Assembly (NCBI GenBank): GCA_963665125.2
Contig: CAXXUK010000001.1
Location: 2,368,001 to 2,432,000 of the forward strand
Direction: 5' to 3'
From: an uncultured Desulfarculus sp.
GTDB taxonomy: Bacteria > Desulfobacterota > Desulfarculia > Desulfarculales > Desulfarculaceae
DNA length: 64,000 nt
The notes beneath the pieces are model-generated. The model made no database searches, was not told the DNA's origin, and worked only from the letters and a program-made list of their open reading frames with translations. This document shows positions 27,471 to 37,378 of the stretch, piece by piece. Made by a program: the position numbers and the translations under genes. Positions within the stretch are counted from its first letter, which is position 1. Every line of letters begins with the position of its first letter.

Positions 27471-29120
27471 ATGTCCCAAACTCGCCTCATTGAAAGAACC
27501 CCCGAAGCCTACTCGTATCCCCTATTGCTCAAACACATCCTGCGCACGCCTCTGCTCTACAGCCCCGATCAGGAAATCGTCTACCGCGGTGAAAAACGCA
27601 TAACCTATACAGAGTTCGACAAGATGGCCCGCAAGCTCGGCTCGGGCCTGGAGAAAATGGGCGTCAAACCCGGCGACGTCATCGGCGTCATGGATTGGGA
27701 CTCCCACCGCTACCTGGCTTCATATTTCGGCATTCCCTGCATAGGCGCGGTGATGCACACCATAAACGTGCGTCTGTCGCCCGAGCAGATCCTGTTCACC
27801 ATCAACCACGCCGAGGACACAGTGGTCTTTGTGCATGAAGAATTCGTGCCCATTGTCGAGGCCATCAAGGACCAGGCCCCCACGGTGAAAAAATGGGTAT
27901 TGATCAAGGAAGGCGACGCCGAGGTCAAATCAAGCATCAAATTCGACTGCGAGTTCGACGAAATCATCGCCAACGGCGACGATGATTATCAGTTCCCCGA
28001 GTTCGATGAAAACACCATGGCCACGCTGTTCTACACCACCGGCACCACCGGCGACCCCAAGGGCGTGTTCTTCAGCCACCGCCAGCTCATGCTGCACACC
28101 CTGACCATGGCCGTGTCCATGGGCTCTTTTGCCGGCAACGGCCGCTACCGCTCAGACGACGTATACATGCCCATCACCCCGATGTTCCATGTCCATGCCT
28201 GGGGCGTGCCGTATGTGTCGACCATGCTGGGCGTCAAACAGGTCTATCCCGGACGTTACGAGCCGGCATTGCTCCTGAAGCTGCTGATCAGCGAAAAAGT
28301 CACCTTCAGCCACTGCGTACCCACCATCCTGCATATGCTGGTCTCCAGTCCGGTGGCCAAGCAAGTAGATCTCAAGGGTTGGAAGGTAATTATCGGTGGT
28401 TCGGCTTTGCCCCGCGGTTTGGCCAAAGCTGCCATGGAACTGGGCATTGATATTTTCACGGGCTATGGCATGAGCGAGACATGCCCCTTGCTGAGCCTGT
28501 CCACTCTTGACCTGGATATGCTCGACAACGATATCGAAACCCAACTGGACTTCCGCGTCAAAACCGGCCGCCCGGTGCCGCTGGTGGACCTGCGCATCGT
28601 CGATCCGCTGATGAACGACCAGCCCAAGGACAACCAGTCCGCCGGTGAGATCGTGGTTCGGGCGCCCTGGCTGACCCAGGGTTACTACAAAAATCCCGAC
28701 AAGGGCAAGGAACTCTGGGAGGGCGGCTACCTGCACACAGGCGACGTGGCCGTGGTCGACGCCACCGGCTGGGTGCGCATCACCGACCGCATCAAGGACG
28801 TCATCAAGACCGGCGGCGAATGGATCAGCTCCCTGGAGTTGGAAAGCCTGATGAGCCAGGCTCCGGGCGTCAGCGAAGTGGCCGTGGTCGGCGTGCCCCA
28901 CGAAAAATGGGGTGAGCGGCCGGTGGCCTGGGTAGTGGCCGCCGAAGGCAATGGCGACGGCCTGCCCGAGGGCATCAAACAATACCTGAGCAAGTATGTC
29001 GAAGACGGCACCATCAGCAAGTGGGCCATCCCCGAGGAAATCACCGTGGTCAGCGAGATTCCCAAGACCTCGGTGGGCAAACTGGACAAGAAGGTCATCC
29101 GGGCCAAGCTGGCCGAATAG
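27471..29120 (+). CDS. Fatty acid-CoA ligase (AlkK/DmdB-like)
   Basis: YTTGTTGDPKG, PMFHVHAWG, GYGMSET, LHTGD, DRIKDVIKTGGEWISS, PKTSVGK. Confidence 0.92.
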   Translation: MSQTRLIERTPEAYSYPLLLKHILRTPLLYSPDQEIVYRGEKRITYTEFDKMARKLGSGLEKMGVKPGDVIGVMDWDSHRYLASYFGIPCIGAVMHTINVRLSPEQILFTINHAEDTVVFVHEEFVPIVEAIKDQAPTVKKWVLIKEGDAEVKSSIKFDCEFDEIIANGDDDYQFPEFDENTMATLFYTTGTTGDPKGVFFSHRQLMLHTLTMAVSMGSFAGNGRYRSDDVYMPITPMFHVHAWGVPYVSTMLGVKQVYPGRYEPALLLKLLISEKVTFSHCVPTILHMLVSSPVAKQVDLKGWKVIIGGSALPRGLAKAAMELGIDIFTGYGMSETCPLLSLSTLDLDMLDNDIETQLDFRVKTGRPVPLVDLRIVDPLMNDQPKDNQSAGEIVVRAPWLTQGYYKNPDKGKELWEGGYLHTGDVAVVDATGWVRITDRIKDVIKTGGEWISSLELESLMSQAPGVSEVAVVGVPHEKWGERPVAWVVAAEGNGDGLPEGIKQYLSKYVEDGTISKWAIPEEITVVSEIPKTSVGKLDKKVIRAKLAE

Positions 29121-29139
29121 ACCGATAAGCGCCAAATCG

Positions 29140-29173
29140 AGCCCTCGGCCTTTTGGCCGAGGGCTTCTTTTTG
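29140..29173 (+). terminator. Rho-independent terminator
   Basis: AGCCCTCGGCC-TTTT-GGCCGAGGGCT followed by TCTTTTT. Confidence 0.88.
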
Positions 29174-29177
29174 ACGT

Positions 29178-29206
29178 TTGACATATTCACAGTGCGGGTC
29201 TAGAAT
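29178..29206 (+). promoter_or_regulatory. Sigma70 promoter
   Basis: TTGACA-N17-TAGAAT. Confidence 0.8.
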
Positions 29207-29257
29207 TTGGACAATAGATCAACGTCTGCTCTGAAAACCCGGCAATGGAGGCCGAAA

Positions 29258-29473
29258 ATGTGCGAATGCTGTGGCAATCCCAAAAAGATGCAAGGTCTTG
29301 AAGACCTGGCCAACCACGATCATCATCACGACCACGAGCACGGCCATCACCACCATCACGACCACGAGCACGGCCATCACCACCATCATCACGGCCATGA
29401 TCATGACCATGATCACAGCCACGAGCATGTGGCCGCCGGTCCGCGAATTACCGTAATCGAGGCCGCCAAATAG
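29258..29473 (+). CDS. Small His-rich putative metal-binding protein (71 aa)
   Basis: GGAGG RBS; MCECCG N-terminus; 25 His; own promoter. Confidence 0.75.
   Translation: MCECCGNPKKMQGLEDLANHDHHHDHEHGHHHHHDHEHGHHHHHHGHDHDHDHSHEHVAAGPRITVIEAAK
29324..29388 (+). repeat. 30-bp in-frame tandem duplication within the His tract
   Basis: CATCACGACCACGAGCACGGCCATCACCAC present twice. Confidence 0.8.
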
Positions 29474-29566
29474 GAGGATCGCCGGGTTTAGCTCAACTTT
29501 AAAATTCGCGTTTTTCGCTTTTTCAGGACGCCCCCGGATGGTTTACGGAGGCGTTTTTGTTTTGTC

Positions 29567-30766
29567 ATGAGTGCATCGGAAGACAAAAGACTACTGTTTA
29601 TTCTGGGTGTGGCCGTTTTCGTGGCCATGCTCGGCGTGGGCTCGATCGTGCCGTTTTTATCCATATACGGCATTGAACTGGGGGCCTCCGGTTGGGTCAT
29701 CGGCCTGATTTTCAGCGCTTTCAGCCTCAGCAGGGGTATTTTTGCGCCCATCGTCGGCATGCTTAGCGACCGCTATGGCCGCAAACGGTTCATCCTGCTG
29801 GGCCTGATGGGCTATTTCGCCGCCGCCTTGGGCCTGCTGATGGCCGCCACGGCCTGGGAACTGGTTTTTAACCGCCTGGCCCAGGGCGTATTCGCGGCCA
29901 TGGTTCTGCCGGTATGCCTGGCCGTGGTGGCCGACCTGACGCCCAAGGGGCAGGAAGGCCGCTACCTCGGCACCTTCAACACAGCCTTTTTGCTGGGCTT
30001 CGGCATCGGCCCCTTTGCCGGAGGCGTGGCCTATGACCTCTGGGGCATGGCCGGGGCTTTGCTGTTGATGGCCGGGGCCAGCGCGGTGGCCTTTCTGGCA
30101 GTGCTCATTGGAGTTCGTTCGCCAAAGAAAACCAGCCAGATCAAGGCCAAGGTGGGCCACAGCATCGATTTGTACAAGGACCGGGCTTTTTTGGGCCTGC
30201 TCACGGCCCGCATGGGCATGGCCGCCAGCATGGGCTGCTTTATCGCCTTCATCCCCTTGCAGGCCGCGGCCCTTGGCATGGCCCAGAGCCAGGTGGGCAC
30301 CTTTCTGGGCGTCAACGTCATCGTCATGGTGCTACTTCAGCGGCCCGGCGGCGCCCTGGCCGACCGACTGCCCCGCCTGCCCTTGGCCGTGGCCGGGCTG
30401 CTGGCTTCGGGCATCTGCAAGGCGTCCATAGCCTTTGCCGACGGCTTTTGGCCGATCATGGCCCTGGCCGTGGCCGAAGGGGCCGCCGGAGGCCTTGGCC
30501 TGCCCGCCATGATGGCCCTGGTCATCGACCGGGGAAAGGACCTGGGCTGCGAGATGGGCTCGGCCATGGGGGCCTTCACCACGGCCCTGAGCATTGGTGT
30601 CTTTGTCGGACCGCCCGTCGGCGGCTGGATGATAAATCAGTGGGGCGTCGGCGCGCCGCTGGTCTTCGCCGGTGCGGCGGCCTCGGCCGGGGCCATTGCC
30701 ATGGCCTTTTTGACCGGCTCGGCCGGCGTGGGCACGCGGCCCGTGGCCAAGCTGGATGTCACATAA
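29567..30766 (+). CDS. MFS transporter
   Basis: About 12 hydrophobic segments; GMLSDRYGRK motif A; GALADRL. Confidence 0.92.
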   Translation: MSASEDKRLLFILGVAVFVAMLGVGSIVPFLSIYGIELGASGWVIGLIFSAFSLSRGIFAPIVGMLSDRYGRKRFILLGLMGYFAAALGLLMAATAWELVFNRLAQGVFAAMVLPVCLAVVADLTPKGQEGRYLGTFNTAFLLGFGIGPFAGGVAYDLWGMAGALLLMAGASAVAFLAVLIGVRSPKKTSQIKAKVGHSIDLYKDRAFLGLLTARMGMAASMGCFIAFIPLQAAALGMAQSQVGTFLGVNVIVMVLLQRPGGALADRLPRLPLAVAGLLASGICKASIAFADGFWPIMALAVAEGAAGGLGLPAMMALVIDRGKDLGCEMGSAMGAFTTALSIGVFVGPPVGGWMINQWGVGAPLVFAGAAASAGAIAMAFLTGSAGVGTRPVAKLDVT

Positions 30767-30805
30767 ACGCCCAAGGCTAACAGGCCGGCGGCCCGCCCCG
30801 GCGGC

Positions 30806-30834
30806 TTGACTTTCAACCTGGCGCGGAGTATTGT
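30806..30834 (+). promoter_or_regulatory. Sigma70 promoter of the gatB operon
   Basis: TTGACT-N17-TATTGT. Confidence 0.6.
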
Positions 30835-30875
30835 CTTTGCTTACTGTGCCAGAGAAGTCAATTAGGGAAAATCTC

Positions 30876-32306
30876 ATGGACTATGAAGCGGTTATAGGGC
30901 TGGAGGTTCACGCCCAGCTCAGAACCAACACCAAGATATTTTGCGGATGCTCAACCAGCTTCGGCCAGCCGCCCAACACCAATGTCTGTCCGGTGTGCCT
31001 GGGCATGCCCGGCGTGCTGCCGGTGCTCAACAAAAAGGTGGTGGAGTTCGCCATGCTGGCGGCTCTGGCCACCGACTGCACCGTGGCCGAAAAAAGCGTC
31101 TGGGCCCGTAAAAACTATTTTTATCCTGACCTGCCCAAGGGCTATCAGATCAGCCAGTACGAGCTACCCATAGCCGAGCACGGTCACATCGACATCAAGG
31201 TCGGCGACGCGGATAAGCGCATCGGCATCACCCGCATCCACATGGAGGAAGACGCGGGAAAGCTGGTGCACGATCCGGCCCTGCCCCAAAGCTATGTCGA
31301 CCTCAACCGCACCGGCGTGCCGCTGATCGAGATCGTCAGCGAGCCGGACATGCGCTCGCCCGAGGAAGCCGCGGCCTACTTGAAGGCCCTACGCGACATC
31401 CTGGTCTATTTGGAGGTCTGCGACGGCAACATGGAAGAGGGTTCGTTCCGCTGCGACGCCAACGTGAGCATCCGGCCCATCGGCCGGGAAGAGTTCGGCA
31501 CCCGCGCGGAACTGAAAAACATGAACTCGTTCCGCAACGTGGCCAAGGCCATCGAGTACGAGATCAGGCGGCAAAAGGCCATCCTCGACGACGGCGGCCA
31601 GGTGGTGCAGCAAACCAGGCTCTGGGACGACGGCGCTGGCAAAACCATGGCCATGCGCGGCAAGGAAGAAGCCCACGACTACCGCTACTTCCCGGACCCG
31701 GACCTGCTGCCTCTTGTCATAGAAGCCGAGTGGCTTGACAAAGCCAGGCAGTCGCTGCCCGAGTTGCCCGAAGCCAAACGCGCGCGTTTCCAGAGCCAGT
31801 ACGGGCTCAGCGAATACGACGCCGAGGTGCTCACCGGCGAAAAGGCTCTGGCCGACTTTTTTGAGGCCACGGTAAGCGCCGGGGCCAAGGCCAAGGCCGC
31901 GGCCAACTGGATCATGAGCGACCTGCTTGGCGCTTTGCACGCCCAGGGCCAGCCCATTACCGACAGCCCGGTTTCACCACAGGCCCTGGCCGACCTGCTG
32001 GCCCTGGTGGCGGCGGGCGACATCTCCGGCAAGATCGCCAAGGACATCTTCCCGGAGATGCTCGAAACGGGCAAGGCGGCGGCGGCCATTGTCGAGGAAA
32101 AGGGCCTCAAGCAGGTTTCCGATTCCGGCGAGTTGCAGGCCGTATTGGAAAAAATCATCGCCGACAACCCCGGCGAGGCCGAGGCCTTCAAGGGCGGCAA
32201 AAAGAAGCTCATGGGCTTTTTCGTGGGACAGGTCATGAAGGCCACCAAGGGCCAGGCCAACCCCCAGACCGTCAACGAACTGGTCAACAAGCTGCTGGGA
32301 GCCTGA
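30876..32306 (+). CDS. gatB: Asp/Glu-tRNA amidotransferase subunit B
   Basis: [43 protein letters not shown]. Confidence 0.98.
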   Translation: MDYEAVIGLEVHAQLRTNTKIFCGCSTSFGQPPNTNVCPVCLGMPGVLPVLNKKVVEFAMLAALATDCTVAEKSVWARKNYFYPDLPKGYQISQYELPIAEHGHIDIKVGDADKRIGITRIHMEEDAGKLVHDPALPQSYVDLNRTGVPLIEIVSEPDMRSPEEAAAYLKALRDILVYLEVCDGNMEEGSFRCDANVSIRPIGREEFGTRAELKNMNSFRNVAKAIEYEIRRQKAILDDGGQVVQQTRLWDDGAGKTMAMRGKEEAHDYRYFPDPDLLPLVIEAEWLDKARQSLPELPEAKRARFQSQYGLSEYDAEVLTGEKALADFFEATVSAGAKAKAAANWIMSDLLGALHAQGQPITDSPVSPQALADLLALVAAGDISGKIAKDIFPEMLETGKAAAAIVEEKGLKQVSDSGELQAVLEKIIADNPGEAEAFKGGKKKLMGFFVGQVMKATKGQANPQTVNELVNKLLGA

Positions 32307-32307
32307 C

Positions 32308-33354
32308 GTGACGATCCGGCCGATATACTGGGAAGGCGACGCGGTGATGATCTTGGATCAGCGCCTGTTGCCCCACAAATATGAATACATGCCGTGCCGC
32401 CAGATGCGCCGGGTGATCTATTGCATCCAGACCCTGGCCGTTCGCGGCGCTCCGGCCATCGGCGTGGCCGCGGGCATGGGCCTGGTCTTGGCCGCCCGGG
32501 CCATCAAGGCCAAAAGCCCGGCCAAGTGGCGCTACGCTTTTGCCCAGCGGGCCGAGGTCATGCGCGCCGCCCGGCCCACGGCCGTGAATCTGAGCTGGGC
32601 CTGCGACCGCATGATCGGGGTGGCCGCAAAAGCCCCCGATGATATCGATGCCATTTTGAAGGCCCTGTACGACGAAAGCCAAGTCATGCTGATCGAGGAC
32701 ATCGAGATCAACAAGGCCATGGGAGCTCACGGGGCCACGGTGGTGCCTGAGGTGGCCACCATCCTGACCCACTGCAACGCCGGGGCTCTGGCCACTGGCG
32801 GCTACGGCACGGCCCTGGGCGTGGTGCGGGCGGCCCACGAGGCTGGCAAAAAGGTCAAGGTCATCGCCGACGAGACGCGGCCCCTGTTGCAGGGTGCCCG
32901 GCTCACGGCCTGGGAAATGGTCCAGGAGGGCATTCCCGTACAGGTGGCCTGCGACTCCGCCGTCGGTGTAATCATGTCGCGGGGTCTGGTGGACTTGGTG
33001 GTTGTCGGCGCGGACCGCATCGTCATGAACGGCGACGCGGCCAACAAGGTCGGCACCTTCAACGTCGCCTTGCAGGCCCAGCGCCACGGCGTGCCGTTTT
33101 ATGTGGCCGCCCCGTTGTCGACCGTCGATCCCGCGACATTCAAGGGCGAGGACATCCCCATTGAGGAGCGTGATGCTGCCGAGGTTTTAAAGCTCGGCGG
33201 CCGATCCATCGCCGCCCCCGGAGCCGGGGCCATAAACTTTGCTTTCGACGTAACGCCAAACGATCTGATAGCAGGAATAATCACTGAAGTTGGCGTGCTC
33301 AGACCACCATATACCGAGTCTCTGGCCAAGGCCAAGGCCGGGGAAAACAAATAA
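32308..33354 (+). CDS. mtnA: S-methyl-5-thioribose-1-phosphate isomerase
   Basis: LDQRLLP, VRGAPAIG, RPTAVNL, THCNAGALAT, DETRP.LQGARLT. Confidence 0.95.
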   Translation: MTIRPIYWEGDAVMILDQRLLPHKYEYMPCRQMRRVIYCIQTLAVRGAPAIGVAAGMGLVLAARAIKAKSPAKWRYAFAQRAEVMRAARPTAVNLSWACDRMIGVAAKAPDDIDAILKALYDESQVMLIEDIEINKAMGAHGATVVPEVATILTHCNAGALATGGYGTALGVVRAAHEAGKKVKVIADETRPLLQGARLTAWEMVQEGIPVQVACDSAVGVIMSRGLVDLVVVGADRIVMNGDAANKVGTFNVALQAQRHGVPFYVAAPLSTVDPATFKGEDIPIEERDAAEVLKLGGRSIAAPGAGAINFAFDVTPNDLIAGIITEVGVLRPPYTESLAKAKAGENK

Positions 33355-33364
33355 GGAGCGGACC

Positions 33365-34435
33365 ATGGAGATTCGCAAGCAACTGCTGCCCCAGGGGCAA
33401 CTAAAAGCAAAGCCCGCCGACGAAACCGCGCTGGGCTTCGGCAAGATAATGACCGACCATATGATGGTGATGGATTACGAGGACGGCAAGGGCTGGTTCG
33501 ATCCGCGCATCGTGCCCTACGGCCCCTTCAGCATGGATCCCGCATCGCTGGTCTTCCACTATGCCCAGGAAATTTTTGAAGGCCTCAAGGCCTATCGTGG
33601 CGCCGACGGCGGAGTGTACATGTTCCGGCCCATGGAAAACGTGCGCCGCATGAACCGCTCCTGTGAGCGCATGTGCATCCCCGAGCTGCCCGAGGACGTG
33701 GTCATGGAGGCCATGTACGAACTGGTGCGCACCGAGCAGGACTGGATCCCCCGCGCCGAGGGCACCAGCCTCTACGTGCGGCCCACCATCATCGCCACCG
33801 AGGCCTGCCTGGGCGTCAAGGTGTCGAGCAAGTACCTGTTCTACATCATCGTCGGCCCGGTGGGCGCCTATTACCCCGAGGGCTTCAACCCCATCCGCAT
33901 CTGGGTGGAGGAAAACTACGTGCGCGCCGCCGAGGGCGGCACCGGCGCGGTCAAGGCCGGCTGCAACTACGCCGCCAGCCTCAAGGCCGCCCAGGAGGCC
34001 CACGCCATGGGCTTCACCCAGGTATTGTGGCTCAATGCCCGCGACCGCCGCAGCATCGAGGAAGTCGGCACCATGAACATGTTCTTCAAGATCGACGGCG
34101 AGGTCATCACCAGCCCGCTGGACGGCTCGATCCTGCCCGGCGTGACCCGCGACTCAGTGTTGCAGATCTGCCGGGACTGGGGTCTGAAGGTCAGCGAGCG
34201 CCAGCTCAAGATCGACGAAGTGATCCAGGCTGCCGAGGCCGGCAAGCTGGAAGAAGCCTTTGGCACGGGAACCGCCGCGGTGATCAGCCCGGTGGGCTCA
34301 ATCCACTACAAGGGCAAGGACCATGTGGTGGCCGACGGCAACACCGGCGAACTGAGCCTGAAGCTTTATGACGAAATCACCGGCGTTCAGCTGGGCCACA
34401 AGGAAGACAAGTTCAACTGGGTGGTCCGCGTCTAG
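33365..34435 (+). CDS. ilvE: Branched-chain amino acid aminotransferase
   Basis: HYAQEIFEGLKA, SLYVRP, K..CNYA, EEVGTMN, ILPGVTR, GTAAVISP. Confidence 0.95.
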   Translation: MEIRKQLLPQGQLKAKPADETALGFGKIMTDHMMVMDYEDGKGWFDPRIVPYGPFSMDPASLVFHYAQEIFEGLKAYRGADGGVYMFRPMENVRRMNRSCERMCIPELPEDVVMEAMYELVRTEQDWIPRAEGTSLYVRPTIIATEACLGVKVSSKYLFYIIVGPVGAYYPEGFNPIRIWVEENYVRAAEGGTGAVKAGCNYAASLKAAQEAHAMGFTQVLWLNARDRRSIEEVGTMNMFFKIDGEVITSPLDGSILPGVTRDSVLQICRDWGLKVSERQLKIDEVIQAAEAGKLEEAFGTGTAAVISPVGSIHYKGKDHVVADGNTGELSLKLYDEITGVQLGHKEDKFNWVVRV

Positions 34436-34462
34436 CCCGCCCGAAGCCTGATCAGAATAAGC

Positions 34463-34498
34463 AAACGCCCTCTCCGGCAACGGAGGGGGCGTTTTTTA
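34463..34498. terminator. Bidirectional Rho-independent terminator
   Basis: AAACGCCCTCTCCG-GCAA-CGGAGGGGGCGTTTTTT. Confidence 0.88.
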
Positions 34499-34507
34499 TA
34501 AGGGGCC

Positions 34508-35248
34508 TTACCAGCTGTTAGTACTGTCCAGTGGGGTTGAAATAGGCTTCGATCTTTCTTGTAACCAGGCAATTATCTTACATAATAGTGGCGATATCAG
34601 AAAGTGCCTGCCCTCATCAATTGTGGTGGCGAGGTCAGAATTTTCAACAACCAGCCCACAGTTCTGAAGGCGAAATAGAATCATTTTTATGTCATTTTTT
34701 TGAATAGTTATGATTCTATCAAGGTCATGCCAAGTATGATTCTTTTCCCAATAATATGGCTCGTTATATTCGCCAGCATGCGGCGCTTGAAGATTATAAA
34801 GTCCTACAGCAACCTGCCATTCAACAACTGTCAATTCATTAATAATCTGCAAATACCATTCAGGATCGTAATCAACTCGCGCCCCATTTCTGCAGGCGTT
34901 GCCAACGATATTGGCGAACAAGTCAATCTTTTCTATGTGCCTCGTCTCCGAAGAAAACTTCATTGCCTTAGATAAAAGGTCAAAAAACTCCTCTGTTTCA
35001 AAAAATTCCTTATCTAACTCATTATCCTTTATTGTTGCTATTTTTGCCTCGATACCGGTGAACAGCTCGGTCAACCTCCTCTGAACAATTTTGCTCGCCT
35101 TGGCCCCTATGAACTCCCTGATTATTGGTCCTAAGATGGGCATGGAAACCAATAAAGAATTAATGGCAAAATCAGAGTTAATCGCCTCCACTGCTCTTTC
35201 AAAACCAGCCTCTGTCCCCTTAACTACTTGGTTAACACCCTCGCTCAA
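34508..35248 (-). CDS. AT-rich hypothetical protein, possibly Abi-alpha (DUF4393)-like
   Basis: About 246 aa; P..GP....I...K...RL, EEFFDLL, EKIDLFANI, YLQIINELT, C-terminal LFRLQNCGLV wHTH-like; composition visibly unlike the flanks. Confidence 0.7.
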   Translation of the reverse strand: MSEGVNQVVKGTEAGFERAVEAINSDFAINSLLVSMPILGPIIREFIGAKASKIVQRRLTELFTGIEAKIATIKDNELDKEFFETEEFFDLLSKAMKFSSETRHIEKIDLFANIVGNACRNGARVDYDPEWYLQIINELTVVEWQVAVGLYNLQAPHAGEYNEPYYWEKNHTWHDLDRIITIQKNDIKMILFRLQNCGLVVENSDLATTIDEGRHFLISPLLCKIIAWLQERSKPISTPLDSTNSW

Positions 35249-35252
35249 GGAC

Positions 35253-36161
35253 CTACCCTTCCAAACTGCGTTTGACAATCAGCCCGCAGCAATAATAGAT
35301 ATTGTCGGGAGTGTAGATGGTCAGTTCGCCATGGTAGTAGCGGTCGAACAGCCATCGGGTCAGGTCCTCCGGCGTTGTCCCGTCTTTGTGGCGCTTGCGG
35401 ATATACCTGGCGTCCTCGGCAATGCGCACCGACGAGGTCTGCAAAAACCAGCGGGCGTCACGGCCCCGCCAATATTGCTGATGTCCGGGGCAGAGCAGAT
35501 CCGGTCCCAAATCACTCAGGACTGCCAGTTCCTGCTGGTATTGCATGTAAGAAACGAAAAACATGGGAAAGGCCGGGCCGCCGGCCGTGACGAATCCGGC
35601 CGAGTCGGCGCACAGGGCAGCCCCGAAATCCGGCAGCCAGAACAGCAGCCCGCCCGGCGCGTGCCCGCCGCCGCTGAGCACCTCCACGGGAAGACCGCCC
35701 AGTTCCATTTCATCGCCGGCCTTGATAACGGCCGTCCTGCCGAGCTTGAAACCTTCGGACAATGGCACGGACCCCGCCGGGTCCAGGCCGTCGCGCCGGG
35801 TGATCTCACCCGAGGCATAGGCGTCTTCGGCGGCCAGACGGACGATGGTGCTGGTTTTTTCAAGGGGCTTGAGCGACTCTTGGGAGGCGGTGATCACCGC
35901 ATCGGGCAAACCGGCCGCAAGCCCCGGCAGGCCGCCGATGTGGTCGGCGTGGCCGTGGGTGATCACGATATTATGGACCTCGCGGCGGGGCACGCCCAGG
36001 CTGTCCAGCTGGGCCAGGACCAAAGGCGAGGTGGCGCCGGCCCCGGCCTCCACCAGGGCCGCCCCTGCCGGTCCCCGCACCAAGTAGACGGCCATGTGAT
36101 AGCAGCCCAGCCGCCACAGGCCATCGGCAAGTTGAACCGGCTCGGTCAGCCCACCACCCAT
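35253..36161 (-). CDS. MBL-fold metallo-hydrolase
   Basis: THGHADHIGG, GHAPG, ADS, CPGH. Confidence 0.9.
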   Translation of the reverse strand: MGGGLTEPVQLADGLWRLGCYHMAVYLVRGPAGAALVEAGAGATSPLVLAQLDSLGVPRREVHNIVITHGHADHIGGLPGLAAGLPDAVITASQESLKPLEKTSTIVRLAAEDAYASGEITRRDGLDPAGSVPLSEGFKLGRTAVIKAGDEMELGGLPVEVLSGGGHAPGGLLFWLPDFGAALCADSAGFVTAGGPAFPMFFVSYMQYQQELAVLSDLGPDLLCPGHQQYWRGRDARWFLQTSSVRIAEDARYIRKRHKDGTTPEDLTRWLFDRYYHGELTIYTPDNIYYCCGLIVKRSLEG

Positions 36162-37081
36162 ACCGCGGCCTCCGAGCAACGAGTTACGACCTTGTCGCTG
36201 ACATGGCCCAGAAAAAATGAGCGGTTTTCACCACGGCGGCCCAGGACCACCGTGCCGTAATCCCCCTTTTTCACCTCGTCGACAATGGCAGCGTTCACAC
36301 TGCGCACGTTTTCGCGGGTCTTGGTCTCGATCTGGTCACTGCTGAGTCCGGCATCCCGCAGAACCTTCACAGCCCGCACATAGAAGTCTTCCATGCACTC
36401 GGAATCACCGCGCATGATATCGCCCTCGATTTCGGTCTCAAGGTTCTGGTCAAAATCCAAGGTGCAGTAGTTTGCCAATGAAGCGCCGACGTGAAACAAG
36501 GTAACCTTGCATTCGGGGTTGCCGCCAAGCATGAAGGCCATATGATCCACGGCCCGCAGTGCGCCCTCGGAGCCGTCAACCGCGCAGAGGACCTTTAGGC
36601 TGCTGATGCGGCCGCCGATTATCCAGACCGGCACGCGTTCGGCGTGTTGCACGATCTTGTTGGTCACGCTGCCCACGAACAGTTCCTGGGCTTTGGACAG
36701 CCCCCGTCGGCCCAGAACCAGGGCGTCGTAAAGGCCCTGTTCGGCCTGGAACAGGACATCGCGGGCCGCGTCGCTGGTCCGGGGAAGGGCCTTGAGTTCT
36801 ATTTTTTCCTCGGCCATGCCGTGGCGCAGCAGGCGTTCCTTGGCCTTTTCCAACACTGCGTCGGCCTGCTGGGTGTTGGTCTTTTGCATGGCCTTGAGGC
36901 GTTTGTAGGCGTTCGGATCGCTGCGCGCCTCTTTGCGCAGATACTGGGGGATGGGATTCATCACGAAAAACAGGGTCACGGTGAGATCCCTGACCATCGC
37001 TCCTTCCATCATGCCCACATAATCCACCGCTCTTTCAGCGGCAGCAGAACCGTCAACAGCAATGAGGACTTTTTTTTCCAA
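36146..37081 (-). CDS. Tandem universal stress protein
   Basis: Two VLxAVDGS...LGRRG...G.V..K USP domains. Confidence 0.92.
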   Translation of the reverse strand: MEKKVLIAVDGSAAAERAVDYVGMMEGAMVRDLTVTLFFVMNPIPQYLRKEARSDPNAYKRLKAMQKTNTQQADAVLEKAKERLLRHGMAEEKIELKALPRTSDAARDVLFQAEQGLYDALVLGRRGLSKAQELFVGSVTNKIVQHAERVPVWIIGGRISSLKVLCAVDGSEGALRAVDHMAFMLGGNPECKVTLFHVGASLANYCTLDFDQNLETEIEGDIMRGDSECMEDFYVRAVKVLRDAGLSSDQIETKTRENVRSVNAAIVDEVKKGDYGTVVLGRRGENRSFFLGHVSDKVVTRCSEAAVWVVG

Positions 37082-37096
37082 TGCCTTCTCCCCGGT

Positions 37097-37378
37097 TTAG
37101 GCGATTCCCAACAGCGCCCGGTTGATTCGGGCCTTCAGCGTCTGAACTTCGGTGATGATCTCCATTTTGCGCTGCTTCAATCGATATATTTCTCCGGCGA
37201 ACGTACCCTCGCCGCCCACCTCCCGCTCAATCAGATCCTTGGCCTTGGCCTCCACCAATATCTTCTCGGCCTCAAGCTTTTCTATCTCCAACTCGCACTT
37301 GGCAATGCCGCTACGCACCTCCGGGTCATCCAGGGGATTGGCAGGTATGAAGCTGGGTTTACAATCATCGCCGCTCAT
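37097..37378 (-). CDS. Hypothetical coiled-coil protein (93 aa)
   Basis: ATGA overlap with the upstream gene; helical and charged. Confidence 0.65.
   Translation of the reverse strand: MSGDDCKPSFIPANPLDDPEVRSGIAKCELEIEKLEAEKILVEAKAKDLIEREVGGEGTFAGEIYRLKQRKMEIITEVQTLKARINRALLGIA

Noticed and set aside
29219..29456. Thr/Ile-rich and Val/Met-rich ORFs
   Set aside because: Alternative frames of the His-codon repeat; promoter and RBS support the His frame.
30876..32306. gatB without adjacent gatC/gatA
   Set aside because: Split gatCAB arrangements are common and the other genes may lie outside the window.
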